A stretch of DNA of 64,000 bases from contig OZ245003.1 of NCBI GenBank assembly GCA_965223425.1, positions 2,272,001 to 2,336,000 on the forward strand. The letters run 5' to 3'. A program made the translations under genes and the position numbers. The notes beneath the pieces are model-generated. The model worked only from the letters and a program-made list of their open reading frames with translations, ran no database searches and was not told the DNA's origin. Position 1 is the first letter of the stretch; each line of letters opens with the position of its first letter. This document shows positions 62,991 through 64,000 of the stretch, in pieces. The DNA is from Nitrosopumilus sp. (lineage in GTDB: Archaea; Thermoproteota; Nitrososphaeria; Nitrososphaerales; Nitrosopumilaceae).

Positions 62991-64000
62991 TAGTGACTAG
63001 GATAAATAACCGCTCATCCTTGTTATCCTGACCTCACGTCTATACAGCATTGTCCATATGGATTCCTTCATCACCTTTGTGCTTTCATACATCACGTTTG
63101 CAGTGGCCCTTCTTAACAGCCTCCACTGCCCCTCCGTGGTATTCAGCTCCGGGGTGTACACGGGCAAGCAAGCAGGGACTATGTCGCCGCCATACGAGTC
63201 GACAAAATCATTGACCGTCTCTGACTTGTGGTACGATGCGTTATCAAGAAAGGCGATGATCTTGCCGTGCTTGAGATGCAGGTGTCCGAGCATGTCCACA
63301 AAGCCGTAGCTGTCGGCCTTGGCATAGAACCTGCAGTCAAAGCCGCCGTCGTACAGCGCCCCAAACGAGTAGAACCTTTTGCGCGACAGGCTGACTGGAG
63401 TGGTGACGGGCCTGCCCCTGGGGTACCACCCGTTCTTGGTATTCCACCCAATGATAAAGGAGGCCTCGTCAACTGTAACCACCGTATGGTCTGGATGGCT
63501 CCGGATTATCTCCCCTGCTTTTTTTTTAAACTTTTTTTTCTCTGATTCTGAGGCTGACTTGGGTGCTTTGGACGCGGCTTTCTGCACGAAAAGCCCATCC
63601 TGTGCAGTATGTCATATATGCTGACAGTGGCATACTGCACGCCGAACTTTTTTCTGATGTGTACGGCCAGCAGCGGTGCCGTCCACACTCCGGACTCAAA
63701 GCCGCAACTGCGCGGGCCTGCCAGCAGGTCTGCGCGCAGCTGTTCTATCTGTTCCGGATCGAGCTTGTTTGGCGCGCCTTCATTTTTGATGTCGTATCTG
63801 CCGTCGGTGCCAAGCTGTGCGGCGCGCACAAGCCAGCCCCGTACTGTGGAATATGACCTGTTGAGGGCCATGCATATCCGGCGTATGGACATGCCCTCCT
63901 TGCGCATGGCATATGCCAGCAGTCTTGCTGCGGCCCTGGGATCTGTCTCCTTTTTTTGCATGCTGCGCAGGCGCACACTGGAGACTCCGGACAGGAATCT
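62991..64000 (-). mobile_element. IS630 element E (5' end outside window), transposase frameshifted near 63560
   Basis: HTH ORF 63506-63976 plus DDE ORF 62997-63587 (VDEASF, LDNASYH, PELNTTE); homologous to IS630-D. Confidence 0.88.

Noticed and set aside
63506-63587. Programmed -1 frameshift in IS630-E at the A-runs
   Set aside because: Homology to IS630-D (KNPRSAS) places the break upstream at CCA-AG, favouring a 1-bp deletion; not fully excluded.

Overview
Archaeal chromosome segment, most consistent with a Nitrosopumilus-like ammonia-oxidising thaumarchaeon. This is inferred from TBP, KEOPS, TgtA, Taw1, a Rieske/cytochrome b/cupredoxin complex III and three tandem thrombospondin-type-3-repeat proteins. 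Core genes occupy 1-28.1 kb and 44.4-47.5 kb. A decayed island lies downstream of tRNA-Arg(TCT) (28.1-44.4 kb) and a second accessory region runs from 47.5 to 64 kb. More than 20 IS copies or remnants are present (IS66, IS630, ISH3, IS5, IS481, MITEs), several nested or pseudogenised, which suggests a genome undergoing IS expansion and decay. Highlights found by reading through the IS insertions: (1) a TnpB-only element bounded by 25-bp terminal inverted repeats and an 8-bp target duplication, i.e. DDE-type rather than IS200/IS605 ends, with related MITEs elsewhere in the window; (2) a three-gene TIR (ThsB-like) + SLATT + PGDYG-like operon, a candidate Thoeris-like signalling defence system, whose TIR gene is split by the same IS630; (3) a doubly frameshifted P-II gene missed by the ORF track; (4) further decayed defence-like modules; (5) an IS630 with a non-canonical TG target duplication. 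No CRISPR array or rRNA was seen. All family assignments come from motif recognition only; no database searches were run.
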